Notes under the pieces: model-generated
Databases searched by the model: none
Told to the model about the DNA's origin: nothing
Seen by the model: the letters and a program-made list of their open reading frames with translations, nothing else
DNA from: Zootoca vivipara
Lineage: Eukaryota
Reading direction: 5' to 3'
NCBI RefSeq assembly: GCF_963506605.1
Contig: NC_083278.1
Location: 19,530,001-19,594,000, forward strand
DNA: 64,000 nt
In this document: one piece after another, positions 61,278 to 64,000 of the stretch
How positions within the stretch are numbered: the first letter of the stretch is position 1
Layout of the letters: each line of letters starts with the position of its first letter
Position numbers and translations under genes: made by a program

Positions 61278-61415
61278 GAGTGGCAGAGCATGAGATTCTT
61301 AATCTCAGGGTTGTGGGTTCAAGCCTCACCTTGGGCAAAAGATTCCTGCATTGCAGTTGGTTGGACTAGATGACCTTTGTGGTCCCTCCCAACTCTGCAA
61401 TTCTATGATTCTATG
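61278..61415 (+). mobile_element. tRNA-derived SINE with CR1-type tail (POM/Squam2-like)
   Basis: AGAGCATGAGATTCTTAATCTCAGGGTTGTGGGTTCAAGCC tRNA-like head; tail ATTCTATGATTCTATGA. Confidence 0.8.
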
Positions 61416-62604
61416 AAATCCCTGATATATAGATATAGTGTGTTCCCCTTTTTGACTCTTATCACATATATACACACATATATGCACACTCACTCACAAA
61501 CTGTCATGTTTCCATTGTTTGGTGAAAGCCAGCATTCTTATTTTAAGGATCTTAGTCCAGGTATTTAGATGCAACATATAAACAAGAGAGGTATGCATTA
61601 GTCTTTAAGAGCCACCAAGAGCTGCTTTGCTTCTGCAGAAGCCTCAGGGTTAGTATGTATTCTGAGGCAGATGTAATTGGGTTTCATCCTGTTTCTTCCC
61701 CCATCTTTCCTCAATAGTGGCTTCAGTTCTACAACAGATATTTTGCTCAGTCCAAGATTAAAAAAAAAAGTGTCAGGGAGCATATTGTAGTTCTGAAGCA
61801 CCTGCCAGATGTCTTCTACCTCCAGGCTGCAACTCCACTCATTACATCTTCCTGTTTCTTGTGCACATTTTGAGCATCTCTCTAGAGGCAAGCCATTATC
61901 TCTTTCTGTGTGTCTCTCTCTGTCTCTCAGGTAGCAACATTTTTTCTCTCTCCCTTCCTGAGAAGCTCAGTTTAAGCTGCCACATCTATCGTTTCAGTAC
62001 GTACCATCTCTGTGTGTAATACATCAAGAGTTCTACTTCTTAGAGTGCGTGTTTTTTCAGTAATTTATGAAAGCAATTTAAAATGTTTTCTTAATTTTAG
62101 AGCAACAGGCACAGTTTGGTTAAATCTGAGCAAGAAATTCATGTATAGAAGGCGGTCTGTGGTTAAAAAAACAAACTCTATCATGCTTGAATGTGGGAAT
62201 TAGTGGACAATTAGTTATTCAAAAATTTGCTGTGGTTGCTGTTATATGTTATTAGTACATTGATATGTATATATAAACACGTAACAGTATATAATAGTGC
62301 ATTTGAAGTATTTTTACTTGCTCCTGTTTTTATTCTGGCTGGCTGCATGCTACATTGCAGATACTAAGCTCGGGTAAATTAAAAATGTTCTCTAGGGTCT
62401 CGAGAAAAATTAGACTTGTATGCAAAGGCTATTTTTAATTTCACCAAATTGCTTCTTATAATCCCAACACCAAGTATATTCCCTACTGAAAGTATATGCC
62501 ATATCTTAAGGAGAACAGAATATAAAGTGTCTGCTGGACATAAGTTAGCAGATGGGGTCATATATGGACAGATATAATTTCATGTGATGAAGAAGGGAAA
62601 ATAG

Positions 62605-62605
62605 G

Positions 62606-62649
<44 letters not shown>
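62605..62649 (+). repeat. (GTT)15 microsatellite
   Basis: Direct reading. Confidence 0.95.
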
Positions 62650-62650
<1 letters not shown>

Positions 62651-62794
62651 TTACTGCCGGGGGCTTGTTCAGGGGATGAGTTCGACTTTGAGATTTATAA
62701 ATTGACTTGACTGCCTCAGAAAGAGGATATCACAGGAACCATCCTTTTCTCGGCTTCCCTTACCCCCCTGCTGCATCCCAGGGAGTATTGTTTC

Positions 62795-63720
62795 ATATTA
62801 GCAGGGCAGGGGAGGCTTCCAATGCACCATCTGATTGGGCTTTATGGGACCAATTCCAGCTCTTGTGGCCTGAGGATGTGGACAGTGTGCTTGTAGCTGT
62901 CCAGCCAACCACATGGCACATCATGGCTGATTCGAGGTAATGAAAAAAGGCTGGGTGGGTGTGTCATTGCAGGCTTAAGTGGTACCTACCACCTATTAGA
63001 AGGTGGTAGTATGTCCACTACTTGGGGAGGGGGACCCACTCTGGATCCAGAGTGCTTACTGGCAAGAAAGCCTGCTTCCCGGATCAATGAGCAGCGGTGG
63101 TTGCATGACCACAGGCAATGTCAGGGGAGGGAATCCCTTTGATCTTGTGGCTCTTCCGTCGGGTGCATGGGATGCTGGGAAAGCCCACAAAATTCAAATC
63201 AGATTGGACCGATCGCAGGACAACTTTTGATTTAAACGGCCCAATTGCGGGCCATTGTAGGTGAGTCATTTGAGGTGGACTTGAGTGAAGCCTTATCCTG
63301 CATGGCTTCAAACAGGTCCGGCTCCTTTCTGTTTAAGCTGCCTGTGCTTGCGCTTGCATGGTTCAAGTCTTGGATGGCAGAAAAAAGGCATTGGGTTGGA
63401 TCCTTAGTCTTGCAGACAGGGTGGGCCAGGACCCAACCCTTGTTTCCTCAGTCAAAGTATCAGGGTACACCATTATAGGGGTCCAAGGGGAAGGGTTCTG
63501 TCTGATGCACAGACAGGGGCTAACAAGCCATAGAACTCCCCAAAATGGTGTCCTGGAGGGATTGCCAAGATAATAAAGCATGCCATATCACGATCCTACA
63601 TCCTGGATCGACCCTGAAGGAATTATCACCCAGCAAACAGAAGTTGTGGCCAATTTGATTCCAAGACATTGTTTTGCCATTGTTACTCCTCTCCAAGAGC
63701 CCAACCCCGATGGACCCTGT
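62795..63720 (+). mobile_element. Degenerate, internally deleted L2 ORF2 remnants
   Basis: EASNAPSDWALWDQFQLLWPEDVDSVLVAVQPTT resembles the L2 pre-RT region; the remainder is fragmentary. Confidence 0.45.
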
Positions 63721-63773
63721 CATATGGCATCTGGAATTGCAACTAATACCTAATTGCTAATATCTCTTTGGGG

Positions 63774-63912
63774 TTCAGGTAGGTAGCCATGTTGGTCTGA
63801 TGCAGTCGAAAGATATATAAATTTTTTTTTTAAATGTCCAGTAGCACCTTAGAGACCAACTAAGTTTGTTCTTGGTATAAGCTTTCATGTGCATGCACAC
63901 TTCTTCAGATAC
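63774..63912 (-). mobile_element. 139-bp Penelope-like insertion
   Basis: 10-bp TSD CTCTTTGGGG at 63764-63773 and 63913-63922; homologous to 19606-19735. Confidence 0.85.
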
Positions 63913-63913
63913 C
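63874..63913 (-). ncRNA. Minimal type I hammerhead ribozyme (CUU cleavage triplet, G-U at the base of stem II)
   Basis: Minus strand GGUAU-CUGAAGA-A-GUGUGCAUGCACAU-GAAA-GCUU-AUACC. Confidence 0.65.
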
Positions 63914-64000
63914 TCTTTGGGGGACATCTGGGGGGGGGCACCTATTTCCTCAAGCTACAGTAACTATAATATGTTGTTTTTATTGTATATTTAGCTGTTG

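Overview
Vertebrate nuclear DNA, almost certainly from a squamate and probably a lacertid lizard, judged from Sauria SINEs, a tRNA/CR1-tail SINE, BovB and lizard-type Penelope and Helitron ends. The window looks intronic or intergenic: I could not support any host protein-coding exon, and most short ORFs in the track are chance or transposon remnants. The only real CDS belongs to a full-length BovB (RTE-clade) LINE on the minus strand (53808-57029, 12-bp TSD, uninterrupted APE+RT ORF). The rest is a dense, nested transposon landscape: Sauria and other SINEs, CR1, L1 and L2 fragments, four solo LTRs, hAT and Tc1/mariner MITEs, a Helitron 3' end, microsatellites and one assembly gap. Two RNA-level signals stand out. 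(1) Three TSD-flanked Penelope-like insertions carry minimal hammerhead ribozymes: three with intact cores and one mutated. (2) A 740-bp solo LTR (27954-28693, minus) has about 520 nt between its TATA-like box and poly(A) signal that are almost entirely base-paired. This stretch contains an ENE-like U-rich internal loop and a six-hairpin domain closed by a perfect 14-bp stem, making it a candidate self-contained structured-RNA cassette. Family names come from recognition, not database searches, and boundaries without TSDs are approximate.
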